Part shown: positions 47,603 through 55,903 of the stretch, in pieces
Numbering within the stretch: the first letter of the stretch is position 1
How the letters are laid out: each line of letters opens with the position of its first letter
IMG/VR virus record: IMGVR_UViG_3300010002_000006
Coordinates: 124,001 to 188,000 of that record
Direction: 5' to 3' (one strand)
Source of the DNA: an uncultured virus (IMG/VR IMGVR_UViG_3300010002_000006)
Taxonomy: Duplodnaviria > Heunggongvirae > Uroviricota > Caudoviricetes
DNA: 64,000 nucleotides
Notes under the pieces: generated by a model
Databases searched by the model: none
What the model was told of the DNA's origin: nothing
The model's input: only the letters and a program-made list of their open reading frames with translations
Made by a program: the position numbers and the translations under genes

Positions 47603-47740
47603 GGGGGTCGTGTCGTGGGACACAAGTTCGGTTATGCTCTAGCGATCGAAGATCGTGAACCCATTAGCGGTGAAGATAGACAACTCTACTTTAACTGTAC
47701 TGAACGATAAGCCGAGTTCGACTCTCGGGACTGTCTACTC
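47603..47740 (+). ncRNA. tRNA-like RNA candidate
   Basis: Perfect T arm CCGAG-TTCGACT-CTCGG; weak acceptor GGGGGTC/GACTGTC; hairpins GTGTC/GACAC and CGATC-GAA-GATCG. Confidence 0.4.
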
Positions 47741-47759
47741 ATTTCATAAGGAATAGGTT

Positions 47760-47897
47760 ATGGATTTTGATTTAGATGATTTAGAGATCACCGGTCTCGA
47801 TGAAGCTGAAGCGCGTAATACCGAGCGTCTGAACGAAGCGGATGCAGCTGCTGCGGCAATTGGCGATGAAGCCGACTGCGAAGGTTGTAAGATCTAA
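47760..47897 (+). CDS. 45-aa acidic peptide ending in a CxxC motif resembling the NrdA C-terminal tail
   Basis: MDFDLDDLEITGLDEAEARNTERLNEADAAAAAIGDEADCEGCKI; TAAGGA RBS; below the track cutoff. Confidence 0.75.
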   Translation: MDFDLDDLEITGLDEAEARNTERLNEADAAAAAIGDEADCEGCKI

Positions 47898-48003
47898 TTT
47901 TTACCTGTCAGTATGTTTTAAGATGGACCTGTTTTAGCAACACAAAAATAATGCATTGGCTGCCAGTTGGATAACCAGCGGTAGATCAAGGCAACACCCT
48001 CTT

Positions 48004-48081
48004 AGGCGGGTAGCTCAGTCTGGTAGAGCGCCGTGGGGTACACTCCCACACCTGTCCGTGGTTCGAATCCACGCTCGCCTA
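48004..48081 (+). tRNA. tRNA-like gene with aberrant anticodon arm (undetermined/pseudo-tRNA)
   Basis: Canonical acceptor AGGCGGG/CTCGCCT, D arm GCTC-AGTCTGGTA-GAGC and T arm CGTGG-TTCGAAT-CCACG; loop GTACACT lacks purine-37; no CCA. Confidence 0.65.
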
Positions 48082-48346
48082 AACTTTTTAATTCGTTAGC
48101 GGAGATTCCAAATGAGTATGGCTTACCCTTCAGAGTTTAAACACGCGCACTCCCAGCCTTGTATGGTCGTTGAAGTTCTCGTTCAACCTTCAACCATCTG
48201 CCAGGCATCTGTTTGTGATCAAGAGTCCAAAGCGGCTCCGTCATTAAACATTATGGGTAGTAGCATCGTGCCGTCGCAGTCTTGTAGCGACAGACTCAGA
48301 AGTTTTGGTATTTGATTGACACGGCTCTACTGTTTAGGAAACATGC

Positions 48347-48622
48347 ATGAAAATCGTTATTTACGGTCGACCTGGTTGCCCGTACTGCGTTAAAGCTCAC
48401 GATCTCTGCCAGGCCAAAGCCCTGGACTTCGAATACATCGATTATAAAGATGTAGGTCTAGAGAAAGCAGATCTGGAAAAGATCGTTGGCAAGCTGATCA
48501 CCACTGTTCCCCAGATTCTGGTTGACGGTGTTCCGATCGGCGGTTTCACCGAATTACAGCAATACCTTCTGGACCTACAAAGCGAAGATCCTCTGGATAC
48601 GGACGATCTCGGCGGCATTTAA
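48347..48622 (+). CDS. grxA: Glutaredoxin (Grx1-like)
   Basis: YGRPGCPYC, TVPQI, IGGFTEL. Confidence 0.93.
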   Translation: MKIVIYGRPGCPYCVKAHDLCQAKALDFEYIDYKDVGLEKADLEKIVGKLITTVPQILVDGVPIGGFTELQQYLLDLQSEDPLDTDDLGGI

Positions 48623-48642
48623 CTGACAACGGCGGTGAACCC

Positions 48643-48786
48643 ATGAAAATCAAGAAGAAAAGTATCTCTCTGAAAGAAAAGATTCGCCGCCTTAATCAGA
48701 ATGCAGAAAAACCGCTGTACCTGGATGGGGATGGTGATACTTTCACTATGACCAAAACCAAAGATGGGTACCGGCTAAACCAGTAG
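48643..48786 (+). CDS. 47-aa basic hypothetical protein
   Basis: MKIKKKSISLKEKIRRLNQ...; follows grx; below the track cutoff. Confidence 0.5.
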   Translation: MKIKKKSISLKEKIRRLNQNAEKPLYLDGDGDTFTMTKTKDGYRLNQ

Positions 48787-48843
48787 GGTCTCTGACCCTA
48801 TTGTATTTTTTTGTCTTCAACTACCGTATATTATGTAATTCAA

Positions 48844-49473
48844 TCGAATGTAGCTGTTTGCAGCCCTGAGGGGCGGCTTGGTTATGTTACCTCGTTATAT
48901 TCGACTGTAAGACCCTTGTTATCCAGGTGTGGGAATATAACAAGGGCAATACCCGGTAACTTGCAGTGCCGGGTTAAATCCAAGTAAGACCGGCGACCGT
49001 TATCTCGCTATCCGTTGAGCTTGGTGGGCAATGCAGTGAGCTGACCTCAGCTGCGTCATAGCAACGCGACTAAAGAGAAGTCCCCCTATCGTCTAAGCTT
49101 AAGACACCTCGACTTAATTGTTGGGGGAAATCTGAGATGAACCCGAAACACTCAATTGGGGGCAAATATAAAATATCTTTAGTAGTGGGAAAGTTGTGCC
49201 CTTTCCTGACAATAGTATGAAAATATTATTGTCAACCTCTTTGTACCGGTGGCTGATATCCAAGTAGAGCTTTAATTATACCTGACGGCATAGCGCTCAA
49301 AGTGAACAACCATTGGTACATCCTCTTGAGGGTCTTGAACGAGAACCGTAGACAGATCCACCGAGCGCAACTACGTCGCATATAAAGGTGGAATTAGCAG
49401 GGGACTAGCGAGTCATCCTGGGTGATATCAAGATCCTCAACCTTATCTACTCTCCGTGATATGGAGTGGATAC
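48844..49473 (+). ncRNA. Array of structured RNA modules, including a degenerate tRNA-like element at about 49080..49165
   Basis: No credible ORF; back-to-back 10-13 bp closing stems with G-U pairs (48844..48904, 48913..48946, 49207..49234, 49242..49320, 49326..49440). Confidence 0.5.
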
Positions 49474-49488
49474 TCTCCTGGTGGAGAA

Positions 49489-49585
49489 CGTCGTACCATC
49501 TGATGAGTCCTGCGACGGTAAAAAATAATGGGGACGAAACGGGTTCTGCAGAAGGGGTCTCCAAACTCTGAGCAGATCCGTCATG
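49489..49585 (+). ncRNA. Hammerhead ribozyme (type I topology, pseudoknotted)
   Basis: CTGATGA (49500..49506), stem II GTCC/GGAC, GAAAC, stem III ACGGG(T)TCTGC/GCAGATCCGT, GTC cleavage triplet (after C49582), stem I CAT/ATG, loop II TGCGACG pairing with 5' CGTCGTA. Confidence 0.8.
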
Positions 49586-49842
49586 AATCGCTCCGCCCTA
49601 ACTGTGAGGAGCAGCCTCAGTCTACGATTCTAGAGGAACAACAGCGTCGCCTGCAGGGGACCATTGGCAAATGGGATCTTAAGGTTGGCAAACAGTCCGC
49701 TCCTTTTGCCAGAGGAGAAGTTGTCAAAACCAAGAGGTGTAGACAGCCTTTAGACCACTGTAATGATGAATCGGGGTTGCTCCCGTAGTAACCACCACCA
49801 GTGATCTTTAGGGTGTTTACAAAAATAATAAATAGATAGAGA

Positions 49843-49872
49843 CCCTCTACTCTCCGTTAGGAGAGTAGAGGG
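49843..49872. terminator. Terminator hairpin (CTCTACTC family) closing the RNA island
   Basis: CCCTCTACTCTCC/GGAGAGTAGAGGG; T-rich runs on both strands. Confidence 0.8.
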
Positions 49873-49883
49873 AATCTTTTTTA

Positions 49884-50282
49884 TTAGTTTTCTAAAGTCA
49901 GTTCATGCCAGACTTTATACAGACGATCCATGTCATTATACAGTTTACCTAATGCTACTGTATTTTTCAGATTACCTGCGTAACACCAGAGTTCGCATTT
50001 AGGCTCGCCCTTCAGTATAATGTCGTTGAAATACATCACGACGGATTTAGCTGAGGTTGCAATCAAATCTTTGCGGTTAACCGCAAAAGGAAACTCGTTA
50101 GAATCATCGATCACGTTGCAGCAGTAAATAAATAATGCTGCATCGAAGTCGTTAATATCGAACCCATGTTCTTCGATCAAGCCGAACCGACGGGTTTCAA
50201 TTGCGGAGCTAACCACATCTAACTTAACCAGAGATCCATCAGCAGTGATCATTGACAGGTTACGTTTGAAAATATTTTCCAT
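49884..50282 (-). CDS. Hypothetical early protein
   Basis: Start MENIFK after GGAG; promoter motif at 50329..50336. Confidence 0.7.
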   Translation of the reverse strand: MENIFKRNLSMITADGSLVKLDVVSSAIETRRFGLIEEHGFDINDFDAALFIYCCNVIDDSNEFPFAVNRKDLIATSAKSVVMYFNDIILKGEPKCELWCYAGNLKNTVALGKLYNDMDRLYKVWHELTLEN

Positions 50283-50319
50283 GTTATTCTCCAATAGATT
50301 AAGAACATTATTGTTCATA

Positions 50320-50346
50320 TATACTTAAATGATATCGGTCTGAAAT
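50320..50346 (-). promoter_or_regulatory. Putative phage early promoter
   Basis: TTTCAGACCGATATCATTTAAGTA. Confidence 0.65.
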
Positions 50347-50472
50347 GGAATGTGACTAAACCATACTCTATTTGATCATATGAGCTCGTTTCATTCACAG
50401 CCAGGACGGTTGTTAATGAGACTCCTTTGCGGTCATTGTGACTCAGAGGCTATTTCGAAATAGAGGTAACAT

Positions 50473-51330
50473 ATGAGTTTAAGTTCACCCGTTGATTTTG
50501 CGATCAACTACGTCATTAACGGTCCCACTGATATCAGCGAGTATTTGCTGAAGCTTGCCTTTACGCCCATTAACAATGGCTATGGCGGACCCTGGGGATC
50601 GATCAACACCGAGTTCTCTATTGAACAAGGCCTGCGTGATAAAGTCATCAACAAAATGGTGGCTCCCCTGTTACAGGTGGCAGGTGGTCAAACAGAAACC
50701 ATCGATCTTAGTGGTGCACATATTGAGAACCTGGCAGGCGGTATGATCTGGGTAAACGTACCCGATTTTCTGACCGGCGGTCGTCGCATTCTGGAAGTGG
50801 TGGAAGTCTATCCGGGGAATATGACTCAGAACATCGTGGGCGGTCAACTCTCTGGCGGTGGTGGTATTGGTTGCAGTCCTGGCGCCATTGCCGGCGGTTT
50901 AAGTCGTTTGCTGAATAACCTGGATGATTCACAGGTTACCCGAAGCTTCACAAGCTTTACCCCGGTAGGTCCAAACTCCTTTATTATCCGTGATGCCAGT
51001 TCAGTAATGTTCAACATGGTGGCCAAGGTGATCTTGTCATATGACGAGAATTTCTCTGGGGTTCCCCTGAAGATGTTTGACAAGTTCGCAGAACTGGTTG
51101 AGTTGGGAACCAAAGCCTACATCTATAAGACCTGTCGCCGTGGCATGCAAGAAGCCGTCTCTCGTTTTGGCGTTACCGTTGACGATGTGCAAGATGACAT
51201 CCAGGGGTACTCAGATGCTGCGCAGCAGTTCAGAGAGTTCTACAACGAGAAGATGAAGAAGTATATGGCGTATGCTGATGCCAAAGGCAAAACCGACTCC
51301 ATTAAAATGATGGTACCAAGGAAGCGATAA
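50473..51330 (+). CDS. Conserved hypothetical, probably virion/late protein
   Basis: 285 aa; GAGGT RBS; plus-strand operon. Confidence 0.6.
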   Translation: MSLSSPVDFAINYVINGPTDISEYLLKLAFTPINNGYGGPWGSINTEFSIEQGLRDKVINKMVAPLLQVAGGQTETIDLSGAHIENLAGGMIWVNVPDFLTGGRRILEVVEVYPGNMTQNIVGGQLSGGGGIGCSPGAIAGGLSRLLNNLDDSQVTRSFTSFTPVGPNSFIIRDASSVMFNMVAKVILSYDENFSGVPLKMFDKFAELVELGTKAYIYKTCRRGMQEAVSRFGVTVDDVQDDIQGYSDAAQQFREFYNEKMKKYMAYADAKGKTDSIKMMVPRKR

Positions 51331-52802
51331 TGTCTGCATTCCCCAAAGACCCTAACACACTGATAGGGAACATCTATACTCCTGCGCTGTTGATTGATCA
51401 GGAGGAACACCGCCTCTCTGATAGTGAGCTGCGTGAAATGATCGCGGGATTTGAAACCCGTGATGCACCCTATACCCTGTTTGGTCCTGAGATCAAATTC
51501 AATGCTTACGGCGGCATGGAGTCGTTTCAGGATAACCTGGAATACATTGCCGGTCTGGAAGCGTTAGCCCCGAACTTTGAATATGATCGCGACAATGCGG
51601 TTAAAGATGTATTCGACGGTTTGGTGGATGACCTGATTATCAATGCCCGCTGGGTTTCGACCCTGCGTCGATTTGTGTACGGCTTTGCCACCAAAGACAA
51701 TGACCACACTGAGTTCTTTGGTTCCCCGTATCTTGGTACTCATCGTGTCCTGTTTAAAACCAGTGACCGTGTGACCTTCTTTCGGGATATCATTGATGTG
51801 GATGAAGTGCGTCTGCGTGATGAACTGATCAAAACTAAGTGGATCAACAAAGACTTCAAAGTCTCGTCTGAAGCCTTTAACTTGTCGATCATTTATCTGA
51901 TGCACCGTGTTCATATCTCTGATCTGCCTGCGCACATGAAAAACGATGCGCTGGTGAACCTGGTGATGTTGTTCCACTACCGCATCATGACCTCAATCAT
52001 GAACCACTACTTTGGTTACCTGGTAAAACCCAGTGTCGCTATTACGGCCTATAACAAGCTCTCCTTGAAGTTCGACATCAAGAAGTACGGTTCATGGACC
52101 GACTTGTTTAAAGCCCGTGGTGAGTTTATCATCGACCCTCGTACCGGTATTCACTACGATGCCTTTAGTAAGATGGACAATGATAAGAAAATTGTCTATA
52201 TGGTCAATGACATGGAGTCCCGTTTAAAAGGCGTGGTCAACGATTACACCAAAGTGCTGTATGAGATCAAAGACTCAGCTGCCTTGGTGGAAACCGATTC
52301 CGGTCTGGCGATCATGGAAGGTGAGCTGAACATCAAAGACGTGCAGAAGCGGGAGACCATGTATAAAGGGTATATCGCTAACGTACTCTCTGCAACCAAC
52401 AGTTTTTATAAACAGGAGTTGGTAAGTTATGCGGCCAAGGCAATTCCGCGTACTGATGAAGATAAACTGGAAACCATTATTCGTGATTTCCCTCTTCAGT
52501 ACTCGCATGCCAAAGGCGATAAATACCGTGAGTTTGTGGATGATTGTACAACTCACCTGTTTGAATATCTCTCGAGTAACTCCATTCGACACCAGGACCT
52601 CAAGAACGTATTCTTTAAACTGCGGGGCGCGTACACGTCAAACAAATCGTCAAACTCCCTGCTTCTTAAATTGCGTACCAACGGCGACGAGTTAGTGAAG
52701 TCCATGACCGGGATTAAAACAGAGATTAAGATTACCTCTCTGCGAACCAGTCTGATGCTCTATATCGTGTTGCGTACCCTTGTGATGGATTCAATGACAT
52801 GA
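51330..52802 (+). CDS. Conserved hypothetical, possibly head-associated protein
   Basis: 490 aa; N-terminal G-x-E motifs (GFE, GME, GLE). Confidence 0.55.
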   Translation: MSAFPKDPNTLIGNIYTPALLIDQEEHRLSDSELREMIAGFETRDAPYTLFGPEIKFNAYGGMESFQDNLEYIAGLEALAPNFEYDRDNAVKDVFDGLVDDLIINARWVSTLRRFVYGFATKDNDHTEFFGSPYLGTHRVLFKTSDRVTFFRDIIDVDEVRLRDELIKTKWINKDFKVSSEAFNLSIIYLMHRVHISDLPAHMKNDALVNLVMLFHYRIMTSIMNHYFGYLVKPSVAITAYNKLSLKFDIKKYGSWTDLFKARGEFIIDPRTGIHYDAFSKMDNDKKIVYMVNDMESRLKGVVNDYTKVLYEIKDSAALVETDSGLAIMEGELNIKDVQKRETMYKGYIANVLSATNSFYKQELVSYAAKAIPRTDEDKLETIIRDFPLQYSHAKGDKYREFVDDCTTHLFEYLSSNSIRHQDLKNVFFKLRGAYTSNKSSNSLLLKLRTNGDELVKSMTGIKTEIKITSLRTSLMLYIVLRTLVMDSMT

Positions 52803-53455
52803 TCGACAAGAAGTCTTATGATGTTTTTGAGGGACCTGACTTTGCGGGCAAGTCCACCTTAACCAAATTGGTGGCTGAGCGTCTGGGTTACCGTTTAGTG
52901 GCCGAGCCGTTTACAGAATCGGAAAACGCCAAGCGCATTAAACAGGCACTGATCACCAACACCTTTAACAAAGAGACCGAAATCTATTTGTTATTGGCAA
53001 ACCGCCTGGAAGCGTTCCGGGAAGTGATCTCACCGATGCGTCACAGCACCGGGGTCATCGGTGATCGCTCTGTGGTCAGCACCATGGTGTACCAGTCTGA
53101 GAAAGAAGGTTGGTATCGTCAGTTACCTATTCTGGACATGATGACCAAAGCACTGGAAGATCAGTGTCACGACATCTTCCCAGATAACCTTTTCTTCCTG
53201 GACATTGATCACGATACTTATCTTGATCGTCTGGCTAAATCTGAGCGTCAAGCAGATGCTAAAGAACTGGCGTTGATGAAGCCTGAAAACTGGATGCGTC
53301 TCAAGGAAGATTACTACAGTGCACTTGACTGGGTGAGCTTCCGTAACAACAAGGTGAAGATTCATTTCATCACCCCAGACACTACGGTGGATGAGATCGT
53401 TGCGATCATCAAGCCTGAGCTGATTCCAACTTCGGTTCTGACTTCTATTAAGTAA
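52799..53455 (+). CDS. tmk: Thymidylate kinase
   Basis: FEGPDFAGKST P-loop, AEP, DRS..S..VYQ. Confidence 0.9.
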   Translation: MIDKKSYDVFEGPDFAGKSTLTKLVAERLGYRLVAEPFTESENAKRIKQALITNTFNKETEIYLLLANRLEAFREVISPMRHSTGVIGDRSVVSTMVYQSEKEGWYRQLPILDMMTKALEDQCHDIFPDNLFFLDIDHDTYLDRLAKSERQADAKELALMKPENWMRLKEDYYSALDWVSFRNNKVKIHFITPDTTVDEIVAIIKPELIPTSVLTSIK

Positions 53456-53477
53456 AAAAAAAATAAGCGATGATAAT

Positions 53478-53505
53478 CCTCTACTCTCCAGAAGGAGAGT
53501 AGAGG
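53478..53505. terminator. Terminator hairpin (CTCTACTC family)
   Basis: CCTCTACTCTCC/GGAGAGTAGAGG between convergent genes. Confidence 0.8.
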
Positions 53506-53512
53506 GTGTCAT

Positions 53513-53923
53513 TTAGTTTGGCAGTTCAGCGATGCGCTCGAACATGTATTTGGTTTCTTCACGAGCGACCAATGCCGTTGCGAAATCCAGATCAGTCAAT
53601 TCAACTTCAATGTAACCTTCCAGCGTATCTTTGAAGAACCACTCGAAGTCATCCGCTGGTACACCTTCAAGGTGATGGTTGTACAACTGAACCATGGCTT
53701 TGCAGACTACTGGCAAATCAGAGGCACGGTTGTTACGCTCCACGATCAAGTTAGACTTGTCGAACATCATCATGGTTACTGCATAGACAGCGCCTTCCAT
53801 GGTGTCTGATTTGAATCCGTCGTTCTGGATAAAGGTATCCAGGGTGGCAAAGTCTTCGTCAGTTAATACAATCCCAGTGCGACCAGTTACAGTTTGGATG
53901 TTTGATGCAAGAATATCTTTCAT
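53513..53923 (-). CDS. Hypothetical protein
   Basis: 136 aa ORF. Confidence 0.7.
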   Translation of the reverse strand: MKDILASNIQTVTGRTGIVLTDEDFATLDTFIQNDGFKSDTMEGAVYAVTMMMFDKSNLIVERNNRASDLPVVCKAMVQLYNHHLEGVPADDFEWFFKDTLEGYIEVELTDLDFATALVAREETKYMFERIAELPN

Positions 53924-53995
53924 GAGTCTCTTCCTAAGTTAAGAACGCTACCACCTAACAACGTGATAGCGTATGATGATAAAAGGGTTATTTGG

Positions 53996-54802
53996 TTAGT
54001 CGGTGATAACGTGATTTAACAGTGCATTGACATCGGTACCGTAGAAGGCACAGCTTCCCACCGGCGTGTTTGGATAATACTGAAGTTCGGCAACAAAACC
54101 ATGAGCTTTGATTTCATTGATCGATTCTTCGATGGTGGTGCGCTCTGGAACAAAGTCGTCGGTTGTCAGTTCAAAGCTGAGTTCGCAGTCAGGATCAAAA
54201 TCTGGTTTCACTGGACGGTATTCCAGATAGGTCCCTGCAACGGCATTGTTAGCGAGGAAATTAAACTTCTCGATATTGAAGGTCGGAATCAGATCATAAG
54301 CTTCATGATCATTTTCTTTGACCCAATTCAGTAACGATACGGCATCGTAAGAGATGATGTGGATATGGCAGGTCTCCTCTCCCTTCTCATACTCCATAGA
54401 AAGTTCCACAGCGAAATCTTTTTCAATGATCTCTTTTGCCGAGACAATCAACTTTGCGCTGCATTCAGCTAAATGCGATGCAACGGAATCGTACACAGTA
54501 GCATTAGCTTTGGCCGTGAGTTCAAAGCAAACCAACTTCAGACCGGTCGTTGAATCCATGGCATTGATTGAAGCAAGGTCGGCAGCCCAGCGCTCATAAA
54601 ACTCATCAGTGAACGTATTGATCTGTTCATACTTCATTGCCAGGAAAAGGCCCATACCTGGCACTTCACTGTGGGTCTTGGTTAAGGTATCAAGCTCAGC
54701 CAGGCGTTCCTGTCGGGTATGACCTTCAGGTAAACGCGTTTCAGTTAATTTACCCAGATCGATAAAAGCCTGAGAGTGGATAAGATGACGTGGAATGGTC
54801 AT
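53996..54802 (-). CDS. Hypothetical protein
   Basis: 268 aa; C-terminal LQYYPNTPVG motif. Confidence 0.7.
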   Translation of the reverse strand: MTIPRHLIHSQAFIDLGKLTETRLPEGHTRQERLAELDTLTKTHSEVPGMGLFLAMKYEQINTFTDEFYERWAADLASINAMDSTTGLKLVCFELTAKANATVYDSVASHLAECSAKLIVSAKEIIEKDFAVELSMEYEKGEETCHIHIISYDAVSLLNWVKENDHEAYDLIPTFNIEKFNFLANNAVAGTYLEYRPVKPDFDPDCELSFELTTDDFVPERTTIEESINEIKAHGFVAELQYYPNTPVGSCAFYGTDVNALLNHVITD

Positions 54803-54848
54803 GGTTATTCTCGCTAAGTTATAAGTTGACAGTTATTTGTTTTTGGCG

Positions 54849-55886
54849 TTACAAAGCCGAAAGCCATTTGCTGGTTCTTTCTTCGCTGCGCTTTAAATCC
54901 AAGAGAAAGAATTCATGCTCAATCTGACACGCTTCTTTTTTCTGCTCATCGGTGAACACATAGCCTTTCTTGCTTTTCTCTTCAAGTTCCCAGGCCCGCA
55001 TCTTGAGCTGCTCCATTGCCTCTGACTCGTCATCGGTATGCAGCAAGTCAGTCAATAGTGAGGCTAAACGTTTCCAGTCCATGTCACGATATGGACGCGG
55101 GCCATTAACCAGCTTGTGGTTATCGGGATTATACGGCGGGAGATCAATCTCACCGATACCCAGGAAGCGTTCCAGCACTTCACGCCCCACTACTTTGTCC
55201 AACACCACGCCATCTACTGCAATCTTGAAGCCCATGCTGTGTTCAAAGTAGTTGAACCACACCTTCACCAGCTTGTCGTGAGCAATGCCCCAGAGATAGG
55301 CAGCGCCGTTACAGTAGTGAACAGTCAGTCCCAGTGCATCGGTATTGATCGTGCGCTTGACGATGTACTTGTCAGTGTCATGACGGGATTCAGGATCCAT
55401 CACCAGATCCAGGAACTGAGACAGTTCTGCCGGGACATTCCAGGACTCGCGGACTTCAGCACTCACTGGTGCCGCGCCAGGAGTTCTTCCCATCTGTTTA
55501 CGCAGATCGATGATCTTCCGCTCAATAAGTGGGGTGTCCTTGTCATTCAACAACTCACGTTTGAAATCAATGCTGATGAAATGATCTTGAAATGCTTCAG
55601 TCATCAACAGCAGGGTTGATTTGTTAATGGCAGGGTTGTTATAGAAGTGAATAAAGATACGAACCAGGGTGCGCAGATCTTCTTCACGATTCCGTCCATT
55701 ACCTAACCACTTCCGATGGTAATAGATACCAGTGACGATAAAAGCAATCGCAGCTTCATTGATATCTTCGCCCAGCGTCACACCTTTCATGAGTTCCTGA
55801 AAAACATCAAAGTCCTGATCCGTAATGGCGAATTCAGGATGAGGGATGATTGCGTTTACTTTTGCTTCTAATGCTGCTTTGTTCAT
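54849..55886 (-). CDS. Hypothetical protein
   Basis: 345 aa; GAGGAG RBS. Confidence 0.7.
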   Translation of the reverse strand: MNKAALEAKVNAIIPHPEFAITDQDFDVFQELMKGVTLGEDINEAAIAFIVTGIYYHRKWLGNGRNREEDLRTLVRIFIHFYNNPAINKSTLLLMTEAFQDHFISIDFKRELLNDKDTPLIERKIIDLRKQMGRTPGAAPVSAEVRESWNVPAELSQFLDLVMDPESRHDTDKYIVKRTINTDALGLTVHYCNGAAYLWGIAHDKLVKVWFNYFEHSMGFKIAVDGVVLDKVVGREVLERFLGIGEIDLPPYNPDNHKLVNGPRPYRDMDWKRLASLLTDLLHTDDESEAMEQLKMRAWELEEKSKKGYVFTDEQKKEACQIEHEFFLLDLKRSEERTSKWLSAL

Positions 55887-55903
55887 GGTAGCTCCTCGCT
55901 AAA

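Noticed and set aside
46515..48315. Track ORFs 46515..46715, 47068..47277, 47082..47267, 48112..48315
   Set aside because: Overlap tRNA/structured RNA elements, with no RBS or protein-like features
48259..48331. H-type pseudoknot/riboswitch upstream of grx (GTCGC/GCGAC with AGTCT/AGACT)
   Set aside because: Zero-length linkers make both helices unlikely to form together, and no riboswitch consensus was recognised. At most these are alternative hairpins.
49590..49640. Twister-like start CCGCCCTAACTG
   Set aside because: The required loop-4 consensus and double pseudoknot partners were not found
49528..49788. 86-aa ORF in the track
   Set aside because: Starts inside the hammerhead loop II, has no RBS and overlaps structured RNA; likely spurious
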